This document shows positions 9,834-18,103 of a stretch of DNA of 64,000 nucleotides, one piece after another (within the stretch, counting starts at the first letter, position 1; each line of letters starts with the position of its first letter). The notes below the pieces were generated by a model. It searched no databases. It worked only from the letters and a program-made list of their open reading frames with translations, and was not told the DNA's origin. The position numbers and the translations under genes are program-made. Origin of the DNA: an uncultured virus (IMG/VR IMGVR_UViG_3300038312_000396) (lineage: Duplodnaviria > Heunggongvirae > Uroviricota > Caudoviricetes); IMG/VR virus record IMGVR_UViG_3300038312_000396. One strand, written 5' to 3'.

Positions 9834-10994
9834 TTATTTACCCACAGGAATATCCGAATACCATGTCTTCGCTTCATCAGTTAGTTTAATTCTTTTAACT
9901 CCGTTAGCCTTGTACCCATACAATAAAGCATATTTTCCCCGATCCTGCAATATAGCCTTTAATAACATTTCTAAATCAACTGAAAAGCCAATATCCTCAC
10001 ACGATTGCTTTAATATAGGTATAGTCGAATTAAACTTTATAGGTGAATTTGTGCTTTCCTTTGTGTTTTTTATAATTAAGTTACCATCACTCATTTCAAA
10101 CCTTAATGTCTTATCAGATATCATACCCCTCCTGATTACATTTGTTAGCATTTCCATAGAAATTATAAACCCGTCTTTTCTTTCTTCTAAGTAATGATCT
10201 ATACTGAATGTTTTCATTTTAGGTAAGTTATACACTACCACATAGGTATCAAACATAACCACCATCTTATTGTCCAAACTAAATAAGAACAAGCTTGACG
10301 TTTCAGTTGCCTCTGTCAGTAACACTTTAAGATAAGACAACACCTTACTATTAAGGTTAATGTCATGCAATTTATCAAATATATTCACATTATATGAAAC
10401 TGTACTGCCGTTAACACAGTAAATATACTCTTTTGAAAAATACAAATATGCACTTGGCTGCCGTATCTCTCCCTTTGTGAGTAATGGTGTAAACACGTCA
10501 AGAATAAACTTCATATTATTAATGTCTAGTTCTTCCACATCATCTGCAACCTTATAGTCAAGTAAGTCAAAATTCAAATACTTTAATACTCTTTGATCTG
10601 GTGTCTTAGGCAATAACCACTGTAACGCATTTTCATAGTTCTCAAAGGGTGTTTCTGGTTTACCCCTTTCATCTGCGGTCACTTTAACAAACTTCTCTTG
10701 TTCTTCAAACTCTATGCATTCAATCGCTGTGTTTTCATTTTTTGTCGCACACACATTTACAATGTCGCTTATTTCCAATCCCAAAGTGAATATACCATCT
10801 GTTTCTATTTCAGCAGGTACTTTTGTGTAGAAGGACATCAAATAACTGTAAGCAGCTACACTTATTTGCTGTTCCGCTTCATCTGCTTTAAACACTATTT
10901 GCTTTAAATTTATATCTATATTTGCGTCAAACGAATTCAACGCCGAATTTACTACCCTTTTTAAATCTTCTACTCCTATTTTAAACTTAACCAT
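9834..10994 (-). CDS. putative beta-type sliding clamp
   Basis: Start revised to ATG at 10994 (RBS AGGAG); about 386 aa, N-terminus VKFKIGVEDLKRVV and alternating alpha/beta pattern resemble DnaN; located in a replication cluster. Confidence 0.5.
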   Translation of the reverse strand: MVKFKIGVEDLKRVVNSALNSFDANIDINLKQIVFKADEAEQQISVAAYSYLMSFYTKVPAEIETDGIFTLGLEISDIVNVCATKNENTAIECIEFEEQEKFVKVTADERGKPETPFENYENALQWLLPKTPDQRVLKYLNFDLLDYKVADDVEELDINNMKFILDVFTPLLTKGEIRQPSAYLYFSKEYIYCVNGSTVSYNVNIFDKLHDINLNSKVLSYLKVLLTEATETSSLFLFSLDNKMVVMFDTYVVVYNLPKMKTFSIDHYLEERKDGFIISMEMLTNVIRRGMISDKTLRFEMSDGNLIIKNTKESTNSPIKFNSTIPILKQSCEDIGFSVDLEMLLKAILQDRGKYALLYGYKANGVKRIKLTDEAKTWYSDIPVGK

Positions 10995-11029
10995 GATAAC
11001 GCTCCTTTGTGCTAAAAGCTTTAAATAGT

Positions 11030-11069
11030 GGGAAAGGTTGTACACAAATACACACATACAACCTTTCCC
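11030..11069. other. intergenic stem-loop upstream of the clamp-like gene
   Basis: 13-bp perfect inverted repeat GGGAAAGGTTGTA/TACAACCTTTCCC with 14-nt loop. Confidence 0.6.
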
Positions 11070-11081
11070 TTTGATCACTTG

Positions 11082-11261
11082 TTATTCGTCTTCGCCGGCT
11101 TCATCATCGTCACTCAAAATGTCATCATCGTCGTCTTCCCCGTCTTCATCATCACTTAAAATGTCATCTTCTTCAAATTCAGCCTCTTCCTCATTTAGGA
11201 AGTCAAATTCAGAGTTTTCGAGATCGATTGGTTCTTGGAATTCGTCGCCCTTTTTAGCCAC
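11082..11261 (-). CDS. 59-aa extremely acidic microprotein (not in ORF track)
   Basis: RBS AAAGGAG, GTG start; MAKKGDEFQEPIDLENSEFDFLNEEEAEFEEDDILSDDEDGEDDDDDILSDDDEAGEDE. Confidence 0.7.
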   Translation of the reverse strand: MAKKGDEFQEPIDLENSEFDFLNEEEAEFEEDDILSDDEDGEDDDDDILSDDDEAGEDE

Positions 11262-11276
11262 TGTTAATCAACTCCT

Positions 11277-11963
11277 TTACTTTTTAAAATTAATTTTTTC
11301 CTTTATATCGTCGAAAAGAAAATCCAGTCCATCATCTTCAAATTCTATGTCTGGATTATCCTCAACTTTGATTTGCTTCTGTATTGAAACAGATGATCCA
11401 AGTTCTATTTCCATTTCAATAACATCATCCTCGTCTTCTTCACTGTCTATTATTTCTAAGTCATCCTCTTCTTCGCCGTCTTCGTCAACATCAATTATTA
11501 TGTCAGAATCATCTTCGTCCGTTTCATCAATTTCAATATCCAATTCGTCTTCTTCTGTAACTTCAACGTCGACAATTTCTGCCTCTATTTCTTCTGTAGT
11601 TTCTTCTTCTTGCTGTACAACTTCTCCACTAGTTTTGACAGCAACCTCTACCGCCTCTATTTCCTCAACCTCTGTGGTTTCTCCTTGTTCCAATTTTTTC
11701 TCATAGTAGTCCCCGTTCTCAATTCTTGTGATTAATTCTTCCATTTTTTCAGCTTCTTTAGAGTACTTTTCGTGTACTTGCTCATACTCCTTTATGATAC
11801 CCTTTTCATTTAAGTTCTTTTTGAAAGAATTGTTATAGTCTTTCAAACCAGCTTCAAGCTGTGAATCTACTGTTTGGATTCTACCCAATAACCTTTCCCT
11901 TTTTTGGTTTATGGCGTTTGCCCGTTGGTTAAGACTTTCAATTTTTGTAATTATATCTGACAT
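11277..11963 (-). CDS. coiled-coil protein with long acidic C-terminal region
   Basis: Heptad-rich N-terminal 90 aa then D/E-rich tail. Confidence 0.65.
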   Translation of the reverse strand: MSDIITKIESLNQRANAINQKRERLLGRIQTVDSQLEAGLKDYNNSFKKNLNEKGIIKEYEQVHEKYSKEAEKMEELITRIENGDYYEKKLEQGETTEVEEIEAVEVAVKTSGEVVQQEEETTEEIEAEIVDVEVTEEDELDIEIDETDEDDSDIIIDVDEDGEEEDDLEIIDSEEDEDDVIEMEIELGSSVSIQKQIKVEDNPDIEFEDDGLDFLFDDIKEKINFKK

Positions 11964-11985
11964 ATTAAATTACCCCTTTTCTGCA

Positions 11986-12014
11986 ATTTTATATTTTCAT
12001 ACTTTATTTGTCTA
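11986..12014 (-). promoter_or_regulatory. possible sigma-A promoter
   Basis: TAGACA-17 bp-TAAAAT upstream of 11277..11963. Confidence 0.5.
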
Positions 12015-12017
12015 TTT

Positions 12018-12998
12018 CTATAGTGCGGTTTCATAATATTTCTTCGCAAGTAGCTTAACATTCTCTGTGTAACCCGGATATAGCATGATTTGATCTAAAA
12101 GTGAACCAAAAAATTTATTAGTATTGTAATCTAACAAATTGTTTATTATCTCTTTCATGCTTTCCTCAATATCTTTTCTATCTGCCACAAGCTTCTTTAA
12201 CTCATTGTCGTCATCTATAGCTGTCAAGTTAAAAATAGACTCTTTCTCCATTAGTTCAAAAGTGAAAGCTGTCACTTCGCCTTTTTGTACTATACCTATG
12301 TTAACACTATCCCACATGTTAGCTTCATTTGCAGGTCTTGTAGGAGAACCTAAGTACATAAGCTTTATAGGCTTACCCTCATATATTTCTTTAACATAGA
12401 ATGAAGTGGGGTTGTGTATATGTCCTGCAAATATAACATCAACCTTATTTAGTGGCTTTATGTCCTCAACATAAATATAATTTCCTTTGTAAAAACCCAT
12501 GTTTATATCGTTGAAAGCAAAGTTGTTATGAGTTAAGGCTATATTGAGATATTCATCGTGTAGCTCAAACTCTCTATCATATGCCCCGTAATCAAACCCT
12601 GTGATTCTTACTTTATCAAAAGGCACGTCAATTTGATCTAGTATTTTAATTAACCCCAAAGTCTCAAAAAATACTAACTCTGTCATGTCTGTTGCGGAAT
12701 AATCGTGATTTCCCCGTATGCTGTACAGATTACCCTCTGTAATATCATTCAATCTAAGTAACCATTTACACACCTCAGACCTAAAAGATAAAGTCATAAA
12801 CCTCTTTGCAGCTAATGCCCCCGATAAGTCACCTGAGAAATATACATAAAAAGGTTCATCTTTAGCACAGCACTTTTCCTTTATCTCTATGCAGCCAGTA
12901 TACATTTCATCCATTATAGTTAAACACTCTTTTTCATAATTAACATGAGAAGCCACTTTACCGTCAAATAAATGTAAATCCCCAAAAAAGACTTGCAT
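12018..12998 (-). CDS. SbcD/Mre11-like metallophosphoesterase nuclease
   Basis: GDLH, SGDL, GNHD, LTH, GHIH and YLGSP motifs; adjacent to SbcC-like gene. Confidence 0.85.
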   Translation of the reverse strand: MQVFFGDLHLFDGKVASHVNYEKECLTIMDEMYTGCIEIKEKCCAKDEPFYVYFSGDLSGALAAKRFMTLSFRSEVCKWLLRLNDITEGNLYSIRGNHDYSATDMTELVFFETLGLIKILDQIDVPFDKVRITGFDYGAYDREFELHDEYLNIALTHNNFAFNDINMGFYKGNYIYVEDIKPLNKVDVIFAGHIHNPTSFYVKEIYEGKPIKLMYLGSPTRPANEANMWDSVNIGIVQKGEVTAFTFELMEKESIFNLTAIDDDNELKKLVADRKDIEESMKEIINNLLDYNTNKFFGSLLDQIMLYPGYTENVKLLAKKYYETAL

Positions 12999-13013
12999 TT
13001 TTATATCACTCCT

Positions 13014-14426
13014 TTACTCCTTAGGTAAGAACACGTTATTACAGTTAGGACATTTAATGTACCCTTTTTCTTTTACTTCTTTTGATAAGTTTTCAATAGC
13101 CTTATTTACAGTACTAAGCTGCGTATCAATGTCTACTAATTCTTTATCAATCATATCCTTGTTTTTCTTTAATGTTACTATGTTTTCGAGTTGCTTTAAT
13201 TCAGCATCACATTTCAATTGTTTTACGTTGGGTAGCTTTTGCAACTCTTTATATAGTTTAACTTTACCCGTATATAAACCACTAATGCCGCTTATTTTTA
13301 CATAAACACTCGAATCAATAGGTTTAACTTCAATTGTCTTACTTAATTCAATATTTAACTCATCTAGATTGAGTTTTAAATCCTTTAACCGCTCAATTGT
13401 CTTTAAGTTATAAGTGTCTTTAATGCCTGTTATTTGAGTCGATTTGTTTAGCTCATTCTGATACCCCTCTTTTTCTTTTGTAAGGGATTTTATCTGCATT
13501 AAACGATTGAATTGGGTAATATCAATTGCCTTAACTTGTTCTGTTCGATTTAATTGATCTTTAACCCCCTCTCTATCTTGATATAAACTTTTTAAATTGC
13601 TTATCCCTTTATACAGCCCAATACCAATAGAACCTACACTAGGTGGAAGATTTTTTTCAAGTTCATTTTTATCCTTACACATGCTAATAAGATCATCTAA
13701 GTGTTTTAAAGCCTGTGTTCCGATATCTAAAATACCCTTTTGCTCTTTTAAGTTGGTATCATCAAACACCCTCATTACCATAGCCCTGTCTCTTAAATCG
13801 TTACGCTTATCTCTTTGGGTGTCTATACCTTTTTCTATTTCAATTCGGTCTGTATTAGCTGTCCGAATTGCCTTTGTTAACTCCGGCAAGTCAGCTGCAT
13901 TATAAAATGTCTTATAATTTGTACTTCCAGGTGTTCTTGAAAATAGTAAGCCATCTTCATCATAGCGTATGTTCAGCTTCTGCTTTGTTTCAGGTTCAAT
14001 TGCAAAATTAATAAGTTTCTGCACTACTAATGGGGGTTTGTTTCCTTCCATTACCATGTAAGCATTATCGTTTATTCGTGTGTCTAAGTCAAATCCCATA
14101 CCTTTTACTGTATAGTACTGACATTTGTCATCGAACGCTCTTGTGATTTCTATGCCATTTTGAAGTCCAACAATTATTTCTGCTTGATCCTTATCATCCT
14201 GTATGTGCGCTTTATACTCTTTTGGGTAAGCATAATAAGAAAGTACCTCTAGCCCTCTTGCCACAGCTGATTTACCCACACTGTTATATGCAGATAAAAT
14301 TATTCTGTTTCTATCTCCAAATTCTAAAGTAACATCACCTAATGATTGATAGTTTTTATAACGGATAAACGCTATTTTAGAATCGCTTTCACTTATAAGT
14401 TTATCCATTTTCTCATTAATGTTCAA
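13014..14426 (-). CDS. SbcC/Rad50-like ATPase, N-terminal half ending in CxxC zinc hook
   Basis: YKNYQS, Walker A AYNSVGKS, long coiled coil, terminal CPNC. Confidence 0.75.
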   Translation of the reverse strand: MNINEKMDKLISESDSKIAFIRYKNYQSLGDVTLEFGDRNRIILSAYNSVGKSAVARGLEVLSYYAYPKEYKAHIQDDKDQAEIIVGLQNGIEITRAFDDKCQYYTVKGMGFDLDTRINDNAYMVMEGNKPPLVVQKLINFAIEPETKQKLNIRYDEDGLLFSRTPGSTNYKTFYNAADLPELTKAIRTANTDRIEIEKGIDTQRDKRNDLRDRAMVMRVFDDTNLKEQKGILDIGTQALKHLDDLISMCKDKNELEKNLPPSVGSIGIGLYKGISNLKSLYQDREGVKDQLNRTEQVKAIDITQFNRLMQIKSLTKEKEGYQNELNKSTQITGIKDTYNLKTIERLKDLKLNLDELNIELSKTIEVKPIDSSVYVKISGISGLYTGKVKLYKELQKLPNVKQLKCDAELKQLENIVTLKKNKDMIDKELVDIDTQLSTVNKAIENLSKEVKEKGYIKCPNCNNVFLPKE

Positions 14427-14490
14427 TCATTTCACCGCCTTTATATCGTATTACATTCAAAATAAACTACCCTTTACTGTATTTGTCACT

Positions 14491-14539
14491 AAATAATGAA
14501 AGACACAGGCAATTTATCTACCTGTGTCTTTCATTATTT
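14491..14539 (-). terminator. terminator-like hairpin
   Basis: 19-bp perfect stem AAATAATGAAAGACACAGG/CCTGTGTCTTTCATTATTT. Confidence 0.75.
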
Positions 14540-14549
14540 TGTTTTACTG

Positions 14550-15587
14550 TTATTCTATATCAATGTCGTCAACATCATCCACATCAACATCATCAAATGC
14601 CTGTAGTGCTTGATCTGGTGTAGCTGTCTTTTTGCGAACAACTGTTGTATTTCCGCCAGCGATAAGTTGTAGGTTTTGCTTATATGACTGTAGTGCCCTG
14701 TCTGCTTTTGAGTCTAATTCTTCTTTAGGATACAAAGCGAAAGATGCCACAGCGTTATTGATCTTAAACTCTGTCAAAAACTCTGCAAGCTTATCCATTT
14801 CAGGTGCATACTTTTCTAATGAAGCAAATGAACTACGTACTGAAAATGACATATTCTGTCCTGCGGCACGTTTTTCCGGTTTCTTTCCTTTTGTGTCATA
14901 CACATATGAAAGTATTCCAAATTGTCCACAAAGGTCTTCAATCTCAGCATTGTCAAACTGCCCTTGAATCTTTGCTGTAAAGCTATAATCTGATGTAAAA
15001 TACACGTAAGGTTTGAATACGTATTTACCATCCACTTTAACAGGTTTCATCTTGTTGTCAGAAATTTCGGATTCAATTACCACTATCGGCATAGCTAAGT
15101 AAAGATTTGGCTCTTGTACCTCACGCTCTTTTGAAACGTTGGAACGGATCTGTTTTCCTTCTTCCGAATCCATGTCAATTCCCGCCGCTTTAACTTTAGC
15201 AGCTACTTTTAATTTAAAGTAATCCCAAGCATCTGTAACCCCTGCACATAATGGGCATTCGCCGTCATATCCGATGTCTTCATTTACAAGTCCTTGTATA
15301 CAGCGTACTTTAGTTTTGCTTCTTCCCAACATAACAGTGTGCAAGTAGCCCTTTACTATGTTGAACTCACCCATTTCATTTCTGTTGTTTGGGAAGTATA
15401 CTAAATACTTCTTCATTTCCTCGTAGTCGAAGATTTCAACGTCGCTGTCAAATGATTTAACAATTTTTGTCTGAACCTGCTGCGTGTGTGTTTGTAGATT
15501 TTTGTACTGTTCTTGTTTTAAAACAATTCTTGCCATTATCTTTTCCTCACTTTCTTCCCTTGTGGTGTTAAAGGCTTTCGCTCTCAC
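14550..15587 (-). CDS. putative single-stranded DNA-binding protein (gp32-like); start may be ATG at 15536
   Basis: H...C...CPLC putative Zn site and acidic tail DDVDVDDVDDIDIE, next to SbcCD genes. Confidence 0.6.
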   Translation of the reverse strand: MRAKAFNTTREESEEKIMARIVLKQEQYKNLQTHTQQVQTKIVKSFDSDVEIFDYEEMKKYLVYFPNNRNEMGEFNIVKGYLHTVMLGRSKTKVRCIQGLVNEDIGYDGECPLCAGVTDAWDYFKLKVAAKVKAAGIDMDSEEGKQIRSNVSKEREVQEPNLYLAMPIVVIESEISDNKMKPVKVDGKYVFKPYVYFTSDYSFTAKIQGQFDNAEIEDLCGQFGILSYVYDTKGKKPEKRAAGQNMSFSVRSSFASLEKYAPEMDKLAEFLTEFKINNAVASFALYPKEELDSKADRALQSYKQNLQLIAGGNTTVVRKKTATPDQALQAFDDVDVDDVDDIDIE

Positions 15588-15645
15588 TCTTGGGAATTTG
15601 AAATTTTATACTCTTATACTTTCTTAGTCTTTCTATTACTGTAGG

Positions 15646-16224
15646 TCAACCTAAAATTATAGATATGTTCTCTACTTTATAGTAGTCCTCATTTACCCTC
15701 ACATAATCCCACGCACATTTTTTACAGGTGTACTGCCCGTTCCTATGTAAAGTGAATAAATAGCTATCCATGTTTAGCCTATTATCACCCTTATAGTCTA
15801 ACACTATACTGTCTATAAACACTGTAAAAAATCCACCATCTGCAACTCTTTTGTCTTCAACACATAAAAATAATTTACTACAATCCCTATTTAGTACTTT
15901 TTCAATTAATTGTAGGTATATAGGATCGCAAATTTCACCCTCTGTAATCCATTTGCCGTCTTGTTTGAATGATTTTAAATACACAGGTGTCATGGCTTGT
16001 TTATATAAGTTGATCAGCTCTTTAAAGAATAATGACTGCTTTATTTTTATTGCAGATGCTTTTTTCTGTTGCTTTATTTTAACAGCGTCACTATCCCTAT
16101 ATTGCGACTGTTTAGTAGAATTATTATCCTTTCCCACCAACTTATCAACAATATTTACTGAATTTAATTCATGTACCTTTATTTTATTTTCGAGTATTGC
16201 TCGTTTTACTTTTGAATTAATCAT
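15646..16224 (-). CDS. hypothetical protein
   Basis: ORF with RBS. Confidence 0.5.
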   Translation of the reverse strand: MINSKVKRAILENKIKVHELNSVNIVDKLVGKDNNSTKQSQYRDSDAVKIKQQKKASAIKIKQSLFFKELINLYKQAMTPVYLKSFKQDGKWITEGEICDPIYLQLIEKVLNRDCSKLFLCVEDKRVADGGFFTVFIDSIVLDYKGDNRLNMDSYLFTLHRNGQYTCKKCAWDYVRVNEDYYKVENISIILG

Positions 16225-16242
16225 GCCACCCTCACCTTAAAC

Positions 16243-16653
16243 CTAACATTTTATTCTCTCTTTCTTGTACTCTACCCATGTCATTAAATACTCTTTTTCC
16301 ATAAACCTGTCAATCTGTTCCCAATTAAACAAATTTCTCATGCACCAAACTTTATCCATTACTTCACAGGTATACTTCTCATTGCATATAAAGTCTTCTT
16401 TCATTCCTTGTGCTGTGCCGAATTTTCCATCAATAAGTAAATCAAGTAATGCCCTGATGTGATTTGCAACATTATACAAACCCTCATGTTCTGGAATTAC
16501 TTTACCTGTCTCGATGCCCCACTCTTTAAATAGGGTCTCCTTAGAATCTTTTAAAGTTACATTCTCCCATTTCAAAGCCGATGTATGCCAATCTCCGCAT
16601 GTCTCAAGTGCACAAGGGAGATTTAAAGCATATATACCCGTAATGTACTTCAT
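16243..16653 (-). CDS. conserved small protein, possibly antitoxin-like partner of AbiEii-type nucleotidyltransferases
   Basis: KYITGIYALNLPC..TCGDWH and ANHIRALLDL motifs; family assignment is from recollection only. Confidence 0.4.
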   Translation of the reverse strand: MKYITGIYALNLPCALETCGDWHTSALKWENVTLKDSKETLFKEWGIETGKVIPEHEGLYNVANHIRALLDLLIDGKFGTAQGMKEDFICNEKYTCEVMDKVWCMRNLFNWEQIDRFMEKEYLMTWVEYKKERIKC

Positions 16654-16664
16654 ATTACCACCTA

Positions 16665-17477
16665 CTACACTGTTTCAAAACTCAATACCTCTCCACTTTT
16701 TAATTGTAAAGCAGTATCTATTATAATCTTTGCCATTTCCCGATTTGTCTCTACTTTAAAGTAATCATCATAATCCTTATATCCACCTTTTAACTCTACC
16801 CTTACAAACTTTTTATCTGTTGCCCACAATCTGTAATCAGAAAACCCACTCTGTTTATTCTTATGTGAGTTCTCCCTACCGCCTTTATCATTGTCTGGAC
16901 AAAATATTGTTACAGGTATTCTATTTAATATCATACGTTTATGAAGTGTCAAGTCGTTTCCCATTGTTCCTAATACGTTGTAATACCCTAAACTGCGCCA
17001 ACGTACAACATCAAACATACCCTCTACTATTATAGCATACCCCTTTTTTAATATCTCGTCAAAATATTCCATACCATAAAAACAAGCTGACTTCTCAAAA
17101 CCAAATGTCTTTGAGGTTAAATACTTATGTTGCTTGTGCTTTTGCCAACTAACCCATGCCATAACATTGTTCATTTGATCCCTTACAGGAAATACTGTCC
17201 TACATTTATGTTGAAACTCTCCTTTAGAATCAATTAACGCTAACTTATCTCTATATTCTGCACCTACAATAGAATTATATATTAAAGTGAAAAGCATATC
17301 ATCAGTAAATAAAAATAAGCCACTGTCCTGTAAATCGCTTAATTCAAATCCCCTCTCCTGTGCTATGAAAAACATATCAGTCTGACCATTCTCAAAACAC
17401 TTATCTGTTAATTTCGTTAAAAGATTACGTACAACTACAGTTTCAGCTATAGAATCCATTAATTTATCCAGCCCCAT
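16665..17477 (-). CDS. DnaG-type primase catalytic core (TOPRIM), lacking zinc-binding domain
   Basis: RTVFPVRD, KYLTS, IIVEGMFDV, GTMG, PDNDKGG, KDYDD. Confidence 0.85.
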   Translation of the reverse strand: MGLDKLMDSIAETVVVRNLLTKLTDKCFENGQTDMFFIAQERGFELSDLQDSGLFLFTDDMLFTLIYNSIVGAEYRDKLALIDSKGEFQHKCRTVFPVRDQMNNVMAWVSWQKHKQHKYLTSKTFGFEKSACFYGMEYFDEILKKGYAIIVEGMFDVVRWRSLGYYNVLGTMGNDLTLHKRMILNRIPVTIFCPDNDKGGRENSHKNKQSGFSDYRLWATDKKFVRVELKGGYKDYDDYFKVETNREMAKIIIDTALQLKSGEVLSFETV

Positions 17478-17478
17478 T

Positions 17479-18069
17479 TTAAATTACCCCTTTGTGCGGT
17501 ATTGCCGCCCTACCGCTCACTCTGTCCGATCTAAATATAAATGGTTTAGCCGACATAACCGCACTTACTAAATTTTTGCCTATCCTGTAATACTCTCTTT
17601 TTTGCATATCCTTTATATACCTATCCAAGCTAAAGTACATTACAGCATGTTGTTTTCCGTCAATATAAGTGTATAAATATACGTAGTTTTCACCATCACA
17701 ATTTGTTTTTTTCTCCACTTGTATTCTCACATGTGAAGCAGCGTCTATCTCTACCGAAAACGTATCATTTCTTTTAAAGTAGGTTAGCATTATTTTTTCT
17801 GCCTCTGCATACATTCCTTTTCCACGTAAACCTTGTTCAACCACATACTTAGGAATTAATTCCTGTATGTTCAGCAATCTTATAATACCCTCTGATGTCA
17901 GTTCAGCAATTACCTTTTTCTTGTCTTTATTCATAAACGCTTTTACCTGAATCCTAATATCTCTGTCATAGCATTCAAATGACAATACCCCTTTTTTGTA
18001 TACTTGTTCGTTTCTGATTTCTTCTGCCATACTGTATCTTTCTCTACATAGCCCATGTCTGTAACCCAT
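17479..18069 (-). CDS. hypothetical protein
   Basis: ORF between RecD2-like and primase genes. Confidence 0.55.
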   Translation of the reverse strand: MGYRHGLCRERYSMAEEIRNEQVYKKGVLSFECYDRDIRIQVKAFMNKDKKKVIAELTSEGIIRLLNIQELIPKYVVEQGLRGKGMYAEAEKIMLTYFKRNDTFSVEIDAASHVRIQVEKKTNCDGENYVYLYTYIDGKQHAVMYFSLDRYIKDMQKREYYRIGKNLVSAVMSAKPFIFRSDRVSGRAAIPHKGVI

Positions 18070-18103
18070 TCTCTCACAACTCCTTTGTAAAATATCTATC
18101 TGT

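Noticed and set aside
14816..15031. Nested minus-strand ORFs (also 40027..40371)
   Set aside because: Alternate-frame ORFs inside well-supported genes with no independent evidence
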